A DNA stretch of 64,000 bases from Kondoa subrosea (Eukaryota): contig BCIN01000002.1 in NCBI GenBank assembly GCA_039545335.1, positions 2,156,484 to 2,220,483 on the forward strand. Direction: 5' to 3'. The notes below the pieces were generated by a model. The model searched no databases and was not told the origin of the DNA. It saw only the letters and a list, made by a program, of their open reading frames with translations. This document shows positions 18,886 through 30,363 of this stretch, piece after piece (within the stretch, counting starts at the first letter, position 1; every line of letters begins with the position of its first letter). A program made the position numbers and the translations under genes.

Positions 18886-20621
18886 ATGAGGTGAGTGATA
18901 TCCCTGCTGATTGCATGCAGTTGTTTACTTCGACCCTTCTCAGATTAGAAAATGGGGTTGGCTCGCAAATACTCTGCAATAGCAGAGAACTCAAGGAGTA
19001 CAACGTTGAAAGTAACCTAGTAGATGCTGCTTGCCCCAAGATGGAGTGCTTTGTGCAAAGTATCGCTGGCTTGGACTTCGAAGTACGTTTCTTTCGACTT
19101 TCCTAGATTTGTCCTCGAACGCATCTCAAAGTTGGACACAGGTTGAGATCTTCAGAGAAGATGTGGAAGAATTCCTACTGGCGAAGGTATGGCTTGACGG
19201 GCTATATCAAGGTAAAGCACAGACATGCATGCGGGTTATGCCTTTTCTGAATATTTGCTGCACCGTTCAGACAACGTCGTAATAAGTAAATGGATCGAAA
19301 GAGAAAGTATACAAGGTCAACAGGCAGGAAGTCGACTTTACCGATTCCAGTTTCGAGCGATTCAATTGACCGAAGACGAAGAAGTATACTCGCAATATGA
19401 GTCTGAGCAGGTTGTCAAAGCTCTAGGAAGCGTAGACGTCAAGGTTTGTTGCTATTTTGCATCTGTCTTGACATAGCTTACTCGCTGCAGGTTTGGCGCT
19501 ACCTGTTGCGCGATCTACATATGGACACCCAAGGGGCCGTTGCAAATGCTGCTCCGCTTGCAAGTACCTCCAGCTATCAATTTAACGAGGCATCTGCAAA
19601 AGCTGCCGTAGGTTGATCTTCTCGATATCTGTCATCAAACTAAGCAAGCTAGTAGATGTCGCACACTGCTGGCATCTGCCCAGATCGCTACGAAGAAAGA
19701 ACATCTTATCAATCCGATGGCTACCCGATAGGCTCACCTATCGCTGAATTCAAGTTCAAATACCGCTCAGCCGACGTCTTGCGCTCACAAGATATTGAAC
19801 TTGACGATGAAGACACTCCTGATTTACCTAATGCAGACTCTCCATCTCAACGAACACCTCAACCAGCAGAATCCTCACCCTCTCCTGCACCTGAATTGCC
19901 TGACCTGCAACAAGAGACAGCTCCTCCGCGTTATGCGACATAAGATCCCACTGTCGCAAATGTAGCAGCTGTTCAAGTAACAGTGGTGAAGCCTGATCCA
20001 GATGCACCTGCAATTCAACCAGAAACAATTCCACCTATCACTGAACCGACGGCTGCCATGCCTTCTCCACAGCGTCGCCGCACCTTGCAATATGCTCGTC
20101 CGCCAAATAATACCTCACCTTCTTCCTCTTCTGCCATCCGTCGTTCAGAGTCTGTTCGAGTGAAGCCTGAGCCCGAGCAGGAGACAGAAGTGAAAGTCAA
20201 GCCTGAAGCTATTGATCGAAAACCTGTTATCGTCAAGGCAGAAGAAGCAGCAAATAGTACTAGTCCGGTTGCATCTGGGTCAGGCAGTGGCAGTCAAAGT
20301 GAAGCGGATATTTCTGCTCGTTTACAGGTTCGTTGGGCGACGGCTTCATCAACCTGATTGGCTGATAAGCTCTGTTGACATTTCGAACAGGCTTCGCAAG
20401 CGGAAGTAAGAAGACTAGAAGCTGAATTACAAGAAGCTCGGTCTCGTGTAAAGAGAGAAGCAGAAGATGTTAAACCGAATTTAAGCAGCAGGCCTGCAAA
20501 ACTTCGCAGTTTGACCGATTCTGGAGCTATCGATTTGACGGAAGACACTGATGAGGATGAAGAAGAGGAAAAGAAGAAGAAGGCAGCTGAAGGGAAGGGC
20601 AAAGGCAAGGCTGATAAATAA
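18886..20621 (+). CDS. Hypothetical fungal protein (beta-rich N-terminal domain, Pro/charged disordered tail with repeated VKPE, short coiled coil)
   Basis: Collinear exons: ELKEY..ECFVQSIAGLDFEV, VWLDG, RFQFRAIQLTED..LGSVDVKVWR, PIAEFKFKYRS; tail ends KGKGKADK*. Confidence 0.65.
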
Positions 20622-21010
20622 GTCAAGTCAAGTCCTTCTGACAATTTTGGGTTTCCTTGCAAGGGTTTGATATGTACTATGCTCTCTTCTTATTAGGATA
20701 TGTCTTGTACTTTATTTATGCTGCATTTAGTTCTGTTCGTCTCGCTGCTCCTTGGCGACCGTTGATTGCAGCGACTGTATTTCTTGCGCAACTGAATATC
20801 TGGACTTGTTTGGTTCTGGATATCGTAATCCTGGCTGCAAGACAAGCCCCCGTACAAACGCGAGAATCTATAACGTCATAAAATCGAAATGTTCATTCCT
20901 TTTCAATCTTGCTTCAAGCGACCGCTGTCCTTGGGACCAGCTCAGATCAATTTTTCAAACCGAGAATCTGCAACCTCAAGCTCGATCGTGCAATCTCTAC
21001 CTCTGCTTAG

Positions 21011-22032
21011 ATGGCTCGAAGAGTGAATGGATACTACAGAAAGCTTCTGGCCATGAAGCTGCTTCGACTGATCCTCCCGTTGGCTCTGAAAGCTCAGCCT
21101 TCTTCTCCTGATCCTAAAGTGAAACCATCTGCGATCAAGTATTATACATGCCAAGGTCGAAAGCGCAAGATCCACGTCTATCTACCTCAACCATCCACGG
21201 GAGGTCCTTTACCTATTCATATTAGCTTACATGGAGCTGGGTTTGTGTTGCCGACATTCGGAGAAGATGCGTATTTCTGTTCGCTTGTTGCCAATCAAGT
21301 CGGTTGCGTCGTATTGGATGTAGATCATAGCAAAGGACCAGAAGATCCTTGGCCTTCAGCTATAGAAGATGTCGAAGCTGCGATCGTATGGGCTAGGGCA
21401 AATGCAGAACGAGAAGGATGGGATGCGAATAGAATCACAATAGGCGGTTTCAGTTCTGGCGGATGTTTGGCTTTGGTCGCTGGCTCGAGTCCTTCGAACC
21501 AGCTCAAAGGAACAGTAGCTTTCTACCCTTCGTATGCTACTCTATTATCAAACTTGGTTAAGGGACTAATGTATCAAACAGGACTAATTTAGCTGAAGAT
21601 CCTAACGAGAAGCCTAAGCTCAAGCCAGATAAAGGTCAAGCTGGTGGAGCTATACCTCCAATCGTTCGACGTTTCTTCTATTCTTGTTACGTGCATAAAG
21701 ATCAAGACAAGTCGGATCCTCGCATCTCTCCTTTGCATGCTTCACCTGAGTCCTTTACTCCAACTACAATCATTACTTGCGGCGGTGATTCTCTAGCTAG
21801 AGAAGGAAGGCAATTAGTTGACAAGCTGAAATCTGCCGGAAAGGATGTAGTTCATTACGAGGCTCCTGGACAAGGTAAAATTAGATCGCGTGTTAGTGCA
21901 TGGATAGCTCATCCAATCATAGGTCATGCTTGGAACATGCAAATCAAAGATCTTAATAGTGAAGCAGGGAAAATGCGAGAACACGCTTACAGCTTGGCGA
22001 TATCGAGGATCAAGCAGCAGCTCAAATCATAA
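21011..22032 (+). CDS. Alpha/beta hydrolase, HSL-like lipase/esterase
   Basis: HGAGF oxyanion motif, PEDPWPSAIED, nucleophile elbow GFSSGG, DPRISP, GGDSL (Asp) and GHAW (His). Confidence 0.9.
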
Positions 22033-22414
22033 TTGTTTTCGGCTGCATCTACGTCAACTATTGTAGCAACTATACTTCATCGCTGTAAGTTATTTCGGCC
22101 GTGCTTCTATTCCAATCTCATCAGCTACAGAGCATAGTACCCAAAGAAACAACGCAGGCATAGCACCAGCTGTGTCCTGGACTCTGATTTCTCTCTTTCT
22201 TTGCGTCATTAGTTTAGTCTCTGCATTTCTCACAAATTCAACACGCGGCTTCGCTTCCACGACGTTTTCTTTCGTTATTTATGAACGCCTCTTTTCATTT
22301 TCCTCTTGCTCTCTTCTTTCTTCAGCCTACCACTACTAAATCACGAAGTACCTCATGAATTACCCAGCTTCTGCTGAGCGCGATTAAGCGATTAAGAGAA
22401 TCGTTGATAGCGAT

Positions 22415-23479
22415 ATGCGACTAGTTGATTCTCGAAATTGGCTTGGCTTGCTGAAGGCTCACAAAGAACGCTATCCGGCATATCAGCCTAAAGCAAAATC
22501 ACCCGAGATCGAACTGGTTCATGAAGCGAGTTCGCAAGATGTGGCATCGCGTTGTTTAGGCATTTTAGTAAAAGATGCAGGAGAAGCGGCCAATACATTT
22601 CTTGCCTCGGATTGGAGCGCGAAGGGTTGGATGGCTAGAGATACTGAGCGGTTGGGAAGAATGGTAAAAAGCGAGGAAACGGTTTTGTTAGCTTCTTGCG
22701 TTTTATTGAGTAAGCAGTATGTCGCTGGATGTGTGCCTTTAGCTGAGATCGATGGTACAGCTAATCTCATTCGAGAGCAGACGAATATCTCCGTTCTACC
22801 TAAACCTATTCTGCTGGCCGGACTATCGTCAGCCTTTGTCACTCTCCTCAATGCTTCTTTATGCGCGTTGAAGACCGCTGCAATAGAATATGAATGGATG
22901 GAATTGCAATTGGCAATGTCGGTCTTCCATTCTCTAATCACTTGTGCCCAAGAAACCTATACTATGGCCGATTTCCGAACATTCCCTTTTGCTTCTTCTT
23001 TATCCCGATTTGCAGATCTCTTTCGACAAGTTGGCGGTAAGGCAAAGACTGTCTCTGAACTTGGACCAAGCCCACATCACATGCAATCTTTCAGTGATGT
23101 CGCTATGTCATGTCTAGCAAGACTTGGTCTTCCAATTAGGGGAGAAGAGGTGATGAACAATTCATGGCTCTTGGATGAGAAGAGCCTCGCCCAATTGAAC
23201 ATTGCTGGCAATCTCAACAATCTTAGCAAAGTCAAGAACGTATCTGTTATCATGCCTGAAGCTCCGCCCAAAGCACATGTACGACTCTTTATTGGTAAGG
23301 TACTTGTCTGTGCACAATGTGGTCTGGCAAAAAGAGAGTATAACGTGGGCAAGAAGCTTGCCAAGGTCTTCAAGACTGCAGGATGTTGCTCGATTATCAC
23401 TTACTGCAGCGAGTCGTGCGCTAAGACGCATTGGAGGTCACACAAGAAAGTTTGCTTTTCGCGCAATATGAAGAATTGA
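22415..23479 (+). CDS. MYND-type zinc finger protein, intronless
   Basis: 354-aa ORF ending CAQC..AGCCSIITYCSESCAKTHWRSHKKVC. Confidence 0.82.
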   Translation: MRLVDSRNWLGLLKAHKERYPAYQPKAKSPEIELVHEASSQDVASRCLGILVKDAGEAANTFLASDWSAKGWMARDTERLGRMVKSEETVLLASCVLLSKQYVAGCVPLAEIDGTANLIREQTNISVLPKPILLAGLSSAFVTLLNASLCALKTAAIEYEWMELQLAMSVFHSLITCAQETYTMADFRTFPFASSLSRFADLFRQVGGKAKTVSELGPSPHHMQSFSDVAMSCLARLGLPIRGEEVMNNSWLLDEKSLAQLNIAGNLNNLSKVKNVSVIMPEAPPKAHVRLFIGKVLVCAQCGLAKREYNVGKKLAKVFKTAGCCSIITYCSESCAKTHWRSHKKVCFSRNMKN

Positions 23480-23545
23480 ATGCGGGATGCAAATATATGC
23501 CATACAGTCTCAGTGCTATGAAACTTTTTAATGTAAATGTACTAA

Positions 23546-24927
23546 TCACCCCTTTGTCAATTTCCATATTTTCACTAACCCATCATCACCAGCAGTAGCT
23601 AGCAGACCCTTGAGTGATTCTTTTGCTCTTTCCACATAAACTTGATCCGCTTTTTTTTGATCCATGCCTTCATCATCTTGATCATTATCGTCTGGATTGG
23701 AAGATGGACGCTGCCGAGGTGCTTGTATTTGAGTGATGCACCACTGAACGCAATTGATATCGCTGATTTCGTGCGCGTCCTCGAGTGATGCTATCAGATC
23801 GGTCGATAGCTCAAGAGGTTCTTCCATTGATTTCTTTGACTGTTCCAGCGGCATTAGTATTATGTCAAAGAAGAGAGAGTAGTATAAAGCACTATTGACC
23901 AGACTACTAGCTTTCCATCACCGCCCGTTGCAGCTATACAACCCAAATCGGTCTCATTGGAAGTATGAAATGGATTTGACCAATGTATTGAATAAACAGC
24001 TCTTTCAAAAACGCCAGTTATTGTTGATACGCAGTTCCATCTTTCTTTATCACTTTGAGCAATCCTGAAAACAGTATTCTTGTCTGGTAATTCTTCAGGT
24101 TTGAGTAATGTTCTTGCCCAAATTTTAATGCTAGCGTCTTCGCAAGATGAAGCTAGGTAAGAACCACAAGGAGAAAAGGAGAGAGACCAGACTGTTGAAT
24201 TGTGACCTTGCAATGTATGTGTTGAAGTCCAGTCATCTGAAGCTACATCTGCTTGATATATTCGAAGATTATCGTCGTATGATGCTGAGGCTAGTAGCTA
24301 TCTTCACAGTCAGTACGTAATCAGTCCCGTGGATATGAAGCTCACCTCTTCTTTAGGATGAAAAGCTACTTGCTTGACATCTTGAGTATGATCCATCAAG
24401 ACTGCAACGCATTCGAAATCTTCACCACCAGTCATTACTTCCCAAATCCAAACACTTTTGTCTCTTCCACACGTTGCCAACAGAGATCCATCATGAGACC
24501 AAACAACAGATTTGACTTCACTTTCATGACCTTCCAAAGTACTAACGCATTCCCATTCCCCTTCATCATCATCTTCCGCAGCCGTTTGAGAAGAATCATC
24601 ATCTATCCCATCTTCTGTAACTCTACACCATATTCCAACGGTCGAGTCGAATGAAGCAGTAGCAAGCATAGAACCATTAGGTGACCAACTTAAATTCCTA
24701 ACTGTTCTAGTATGGGATTTTGATAATTCATTACTTGTAGTAGGGAAAGAACAAGAAAGTGGTTGATATTTAGTTAAACGTAGAGATTTGTCACCTGAAC
24801 AAGAAGCTAGTAAAGGTTGAGTTGGATGCCAGGCTAAGGACCAGCATCGATCTGTGTGCCCTGAAATTGTAGAGACTGGTTGTAAAGTATAGCTAGAAGA
24901 AGTGGATGCCACTGGTTCTGGCTCCAT
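23546..24927 (-). CDS. CIA1: Cytosolic Fe-S assembly WD40 protein
   Basis: GHTDRCWSLAWHP, HTRTVR..WSPNGSMLATASFDSTV, LEGHESEVKSV, FECVAVLMDHTQDVKQVAFHP and AH..DINCVQW..LLATAGDDG. Confidence 0.93.
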
Positions 24928-24986
24928 TGAAGCTGTGTACAAAGGTTAACCTGTATCATCGAATAAATCCCAAAGACGCAACAAAT

Positions 24987-26320
24987 ATGAGCTGGTAAGT
25001 GCAGCTCTCTGTAGATAGTACATACATTGGCTGACAGTGCTAATAGGGGAGGGTAAGCTTCAACTGCCTGAATTAGAGCGAAAGGAAGCCGAATTCTGTA
25101 TGTACATGTAGATTCAAGAAGCAGCTCGCAAGAGCAGGCGTACGTGACTCTCTGCAGAGTTGTATGGACGCGGGCTGATGCGCAAATATAGACAACGGTC
25201 ATGCAAAAGGTAAGCATTGCCTCGAGAAGCCGAATACCAAGGCTCAAATCATGTCGCTTTGGGCAGACTGGCCAAGTAAGCTATTTTATGCACTCTGTTG
25301 AATCAGGTTGATACTGGTCTACAGTACGAGAAGACCGATGACAGGTTAGAGTTACTTTCTTCTACCGGCCGAGCTCTATACTCATGAATTCGAACAGGGA
25401 ATTTCAAGAAGAAGCGAACCGTTTCAAGCAGTATGTTGAGTTTCACCATAGTCTCTGATTGATCTCACTGCTTCTATTAGGATGGAGAAGAATTGCAACG
25501 CCTTACAGAAGGAAGCTAAAGGATATCTAGACGCAATGAGACTTATGGCATCTTCCGAAGCTCGAATAGCAGAAACAGTGGATGGAATGTATTCAGATAA
25601 TTCAGAAGCTGCTATGGCTGCCCATTCTTTTAAAAGAGCTGTGGATGAATTGGATGCTAAAGTAGCTAGAGAAATGGATGCTCCCTATAGAGCTACCGTT
25701 TTGGAACCGATAGGGAAACTATGCTCTCATTTCCCAGAAATAAAGTGAGTTTCGTGTCGCCGGTGTATTAACATACTTTAATTATATTAACGTATACGAT
25801 TCACAGCAATACTATATCGAAACGCAACAAAAAACTATTGGACTACGATGCAGCTCGAAGCAAATTGCGCAAGATTCAAGATAAACCAGCAGAAAATGGA
25901 GCAGTAGGTCAAAGAGCTCAAAAAGAATTAGACGACGCGGAAGCGATTTACGAAGGTATCAACAATGCAATCGCTTCCGAATTACCTCAACTTTTGGATT
26001 TGAGAATCCCTTACCTTGATCCTTCTTTTGAAGCTATGGTTCGCTTGCAAACCAAATTCTTTGAAGATGCGTATGAACGAACTGGTGGTGTTCAGCGTTA
26101 TTTGCCAGAACATGTTAGGGTAAGTCTACTAGAAGGAGGGAAACGGCAAGATGAGACTGATCAATTTCCTTGTGAATAGGACGAGTATGCGAACGGTCAG
26201 CTAGATGCTCAAGTTGAAGGTGCTCTGCAGAGTATTAGAGAGTAAGTAATTTTCAGCTGTAACCTTTCTGCAACACAGTGCTAACACAGATGCTCAAGTC
26301 TGTCTATTTGCGGTGCATGA
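24987..26320 (+). CDS. RVS161: N-BAR amphiphysin Rvs161/Hob3
   Basis: Spliced N-terminus MSWGGFKKQLARAGTTVMQKTGQYEKTDDREF, then LQKEAKGYLDAMR, PYRATVLEPI, ELPQLLDLRIPYLDPSFEA and EYANGQLD; no SH3 domain. Confidence 0.94.
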
Positions 26321-26581
26321 AGAAGCAACACAAGGCGAGAGATGGACTAAGGGTAGATATGATGACGCAAAGCTGAGAGCAGCTGAGCGTCATCAGGTTT
26401 TGACTAGCTTGTATAAGTAGCAGATGTTTCAAATTGACACACTTGAACAAAGAGTAATGTCCTGCACTCGTTTGCCTGCATTGGAGCCGCCGGCCCGATG
26501 TTTGCAGATCAAAACAACTTTATTGCATCGAAGGTTGTTTCTCACCACCAAGACTTCTTGTTCTTTGCTACTTACATCAGA

Positions 26582-27602
26582 ATGCCATCGACCAAGGGCA
26601 AGGTTTGCACATACAGTGACCGCTCTGCTCTTCCAATCACTAATCTCATTGACTCCGCAGCGAACAGACGAGAAGTTGGCAGGTTTGTTTTCTTCTCCCT
26701 TGTCACTTGATTGGAGCAGCTATTCTGACGGTAATATATTAGAGCAAATCAAGGAGAAGATCCAGGCTGAAAATCCAGGGTAAATCCATCATATGTCGTC
26801 AGTAAGGGAAGTCAAGTTCTGACAAGCCTTCTTTCAATTTTGCCAGAAAGCAATGGGGTGCATGGGCTGCTGCTAAGCTAGCTAAAGGTGTGTCCCTTTC
26901 CATGGGATACTGAGCTTTTGATTGACTTCCTTGGATCTCGCTATATAGAATATGAAGTGAGTTTGCTATATCGGGCAATTATTGTTGTTTCTCATGTGAG
27001 CTCGTACTGTGCCCTCTAGGCTCAAGGCGGAGGTTATGAAAATGAAGCTGGTAGCAAGAATGAACCCAAAACTGGTGAACCAGAACACAAGACTGGAGAG
27101 AAACGTAAAGCTGAGGAAGAAGCCGCTGCTGATGATAAGGAAGAGGCTGCTGGTGATAAGGAAGAAGAAAGTGCCCCTGCTGAGGAAGAAAAGGCTACAG
27201 AAGACAAAGCAGCTGATGAAGAGGTAGCCGAGGAGTAAGTTTTATACCCGCAAAACTGTATTAAAAAGTCAGATCCTGATCCCAACGCTTTTCAGAGAGG
27301 AAGGCAAGGAGGAAGAAGCTCCTGCCAAAAAGGAGAAGAAGGCTGCTGCACCAAAAAAGGAAAAGAAGCCTGCAGCCGAGCCAACTCGCAAAGCACCTCG
27401 TCGTGCTGCCAAATCTAAGGTCAACTATGATGATGACGAAGATGAAGAAGTTCCTGAGGAGGAAGAGAAGGTCGCACCTAAGAAGAAAGCGCCAGCTAAG
27501 AAGCCTGCGCAAAAGAAGCAAAAGACTGAATCTGCCCCTGCTGCTGAAAAGCCCAAGGGACGTGCAACACGTAATTCCAAAACCGCTGAGGACGAGGAGT
27601 AA
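26582..27602 (+). CDS. Small DUF5872-like N-terminal domain plus long Glu/Lys/Ala/Pro-rich disordered tail
   Basis: Spliced: EQIKEKIQAENPGKQWGAWAAAKLAKEYEAQGGGY resembles the recalled DUF5872 pattern GQWSARKAQ..EY..GGGY. Includes an 8-nt exon at 26949-26956. Confidence 0.55.
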
Positions 27603-28179
27603 AGCACACGTACTCTATACACATATACAAACCAATCCTAATATCTTTTATATCAAATCTATACTATCTCTGTCTAGTGAGTGATGCAGCTTTCAGCGAA
27701 ACACAAGCGCTGATCTTCAGTCTCCCAGCCTGTCAATCTGTTGATTTTGAAAGAAGGGTGTAACCTAATATATTGTACACGAGTATTGTTTTACGCAATG
27801 GAGAGACGCGCTCTTGGATAGTCAGAACAACCGTCACACCTTCTTCTTCGCGCTCGACTCTACAGCCATAGCTGCTTATCGCGATTTGCTATAGCGACTA
27901 GTCGTACAAGTACAAGCTAGCTATATCAGCGGATCTTGCGCTCTTGTTCTGTTTCTCAATTGGCTGTTAAATAGCAGGCTGGTTTGAGCAATCCTGGTTG
28001 TATCTCAAGTAATAGAAGCGAATACCTAAGCTCAAAGATCGCCCTGTCTTGTTCTGAATTACGAAAGAGAGACGACCATCCCATCGAGCACCGTCGAGCC
28101 ACGATCCGGGCGATGAACTTCAGAGATTCTCTGGCTGAACATCAATCCCGATATAAACAAATCTTCTTTTTGAACATGA

Positions 28180-30029
28180 TTATATCGAGTCTGCTAGCAT
28201 TCGATCTGGATCTTGAGCTACTCCATTGATGGTATAGAGAGAAGTAGAACCAGCTTNAANNCTGANCGGTTCTTCNATATCGAGATTGATGCTGCAAGGA
28301 GATATCTTGATGTCCGCCAGCATTCGATCTGGATCTTGAGCTACTCCATTGATGGCAGAGAGTGAAGTAGATCCAGCTTGAAGACTGATCGGTTCTTCGA
28401 TATCGAGATTGATGCTGCCAGGAGATATCTTGATGCCAGGCTCATTCATCGTTGCGATATCTTCAACAGTCATTTGAGAATGCTTGAGGATCACAGCAGC
28501 CAGACTGGTCAAATTACCAGTTGCGTCGGCCTGAAGATATGCGTTTCAGTCGAGTAAGTGGCTGAACTCCTGGTAGAGAACTTACGACCGCCAAGGCTTG
28601 GAAGTATTCCTTTTTGCGGCTGCTAAGGATATTGATAGGTGGATAACCACAAGCCAAGAGCGGTATGGATGCCAGTAGTCGGGATACTCGCCCGTTGCCA
28701 TCATGGAAAGGATGGATAGCGCTAAAGAGATGCTGAAGGTAAGCTGCCTTCAAGAAAGGTCGGTCGACAATGCTTGTATCGCGAATCTCAATCAATATGC
28801 TCTGTGAACAGCGAAAGACATACTCAGACAGTCGAAATGCAGGTGGAAGATATACTTACATTGACGACATGACAGAAATTATGCAAGCTAGATTGAAGTA
28901 GCTCGACAGCATGGCCTGCTTTACCGCTGACGAAAATTGACGTCTTCCGAAACCCTTTCGGCACAAGGGTTTCGGCACAAAGTGTCGAATCTTAGCAGGG
29001 AAATAGGCTCTATTGGCCGATGCGTCCTCTGATCGAAAATTCAGTCGGGAGTGTCGAAGAAGAATCGCATGCAGGTCCGCTATATCTTGCAGGGCGAACA
29101 CACGAGTTGGGCTGCGCAGCGCAGAATGTACGCTAGGAAGAGCATGCCCTGTCATCGTTATCAGAACGGAAAGCCATACTATGCATATGCACATAGAACT
29201 TGCCTGCCGCATGTCTCGTAGAATAGGAACGATTTGAGAGCTGCCAAATTCTAGCTTCCTGGTAGTTCTCGGAACAAAACTTTCGATGAAGCCAAGCTTG
29301 ACCAAGACGACAACACTCGAATCTTGCAATTCGAACAAGCCTTCGACTTGGTTTGTTTCAATAGCTAGTCGGCGAATATAGGCTTTGATAAGCTGGAACT
29401 TATTCTCCGTACCGCCAAAGGTCTTGAAAAGACTTCGAAAGTGTTCAAGTTGTCTATCTTCTGGTTCGCAACCATTTTCAGCCGTGAGAGCGTAGAACAT
29501 GGGTAAATATGCTCCTGCTGCCTTATGCACAGCTGCCAGACGTATCATTTTCAGCGAGAATAGGTACTTAGTACTGAAATGGCAACGAACCGCGATTAAT
29601 TTCCTCTTGTGCGAGTTTATGCTTGTTTTCGATAATGGCAAGTAGCTCTTCGAAAGCATCAAATTTGATGCCCCAAATACGCAGAACACCCCGCAGTTGA
29701 AGAGCTATACTATGGGTATAAAGTATCACGTTGATACCGAGTTCTAGGTGTAACAGAAAGAGTCGAAGCCATAAGAACGGTTCCTCAGGATATTGGCCAA
29801 AGTTTCGAGCATCGGAATCAAGACAAGGGAATGTTGGCATGCGGTGTCCATGGCTATCATCGCGTAGAGCTCGTATATCTGCGGTTTTGGGAGTCGCTCA
29901 TCTGACAGTCCTAACTATACGTCTTTCAACAGGGTGTACTTCTGCTGCACGACAAGGACTAACTATTTCTGTTTGGCTGGCTCGTAGAGTGTCAACCAAT
30001 GCACGCTCCGGTAACACCTGAAAGGCCAT
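28180..30029 (-). CDS. Fic/Doc (fido) domain protein, putative AMP transferase
   Basis: Canonical motif HPFHDGNGRVSR (about 28679-28714) and upstream TNQVEG (29339-29356) matching the (S/T)xxxE(G/N) inhibitory motif. Multi-exon; 5' exons are less certain. Confidence 0.88.
28196..28435. repeat. Imperfect in-frame tandem duplication, 123-bp (41-codon) period, 2 copies
   Basis: agcattcgatctggatcttgagctactccattgatgg starts at both 28196 and 28319; the copy at 28196 contains N bases. Confidence 0.9.
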
Positions 30030-30363
30030 TGACGGACACAAGCAAGATAGATGGGTGATAAAGATTGTGACCAGGTAAGGGGGGCTGTTTCTGACTTCTA
30101 GACCCAAAGCTTCTCAAGCTGAACTACTGTACTTGTATCGCTTGTAACCGCTCTGAGTGAATGGCAGAGACTTGCTTGGTATCTTTCATGTAGTGTCTTT
30201 CGCGGTTCGAAACAAACAATATTGATCGAGTGGGCGCCGCGTCATTTGCAGCAAGTACAGTAAGTACTCTGTTGCTTGCTCGACAAGCAGCGAAGCTCAT
30301 CGAAGCTCATCCTCGTCATTCATAGCTGACGCGAGGCACGTCTTGTGCGCTATCCATGTGATT

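Noticed and set aside
28196..28435. Tandem repeat considered as a CRISPR-like or mobile array
   Set aside because: Two contiguous in-frame copies with no spacers, inside a eukaryotic coding exon.
30291..30310. 10-bp direct repeat cgaagctcat x2 upstream of the Fic gene, considered as a target-site duplication
   Set aside because: No matching copy on the other side of the gene, and no terminal inverted repeats or transposase.
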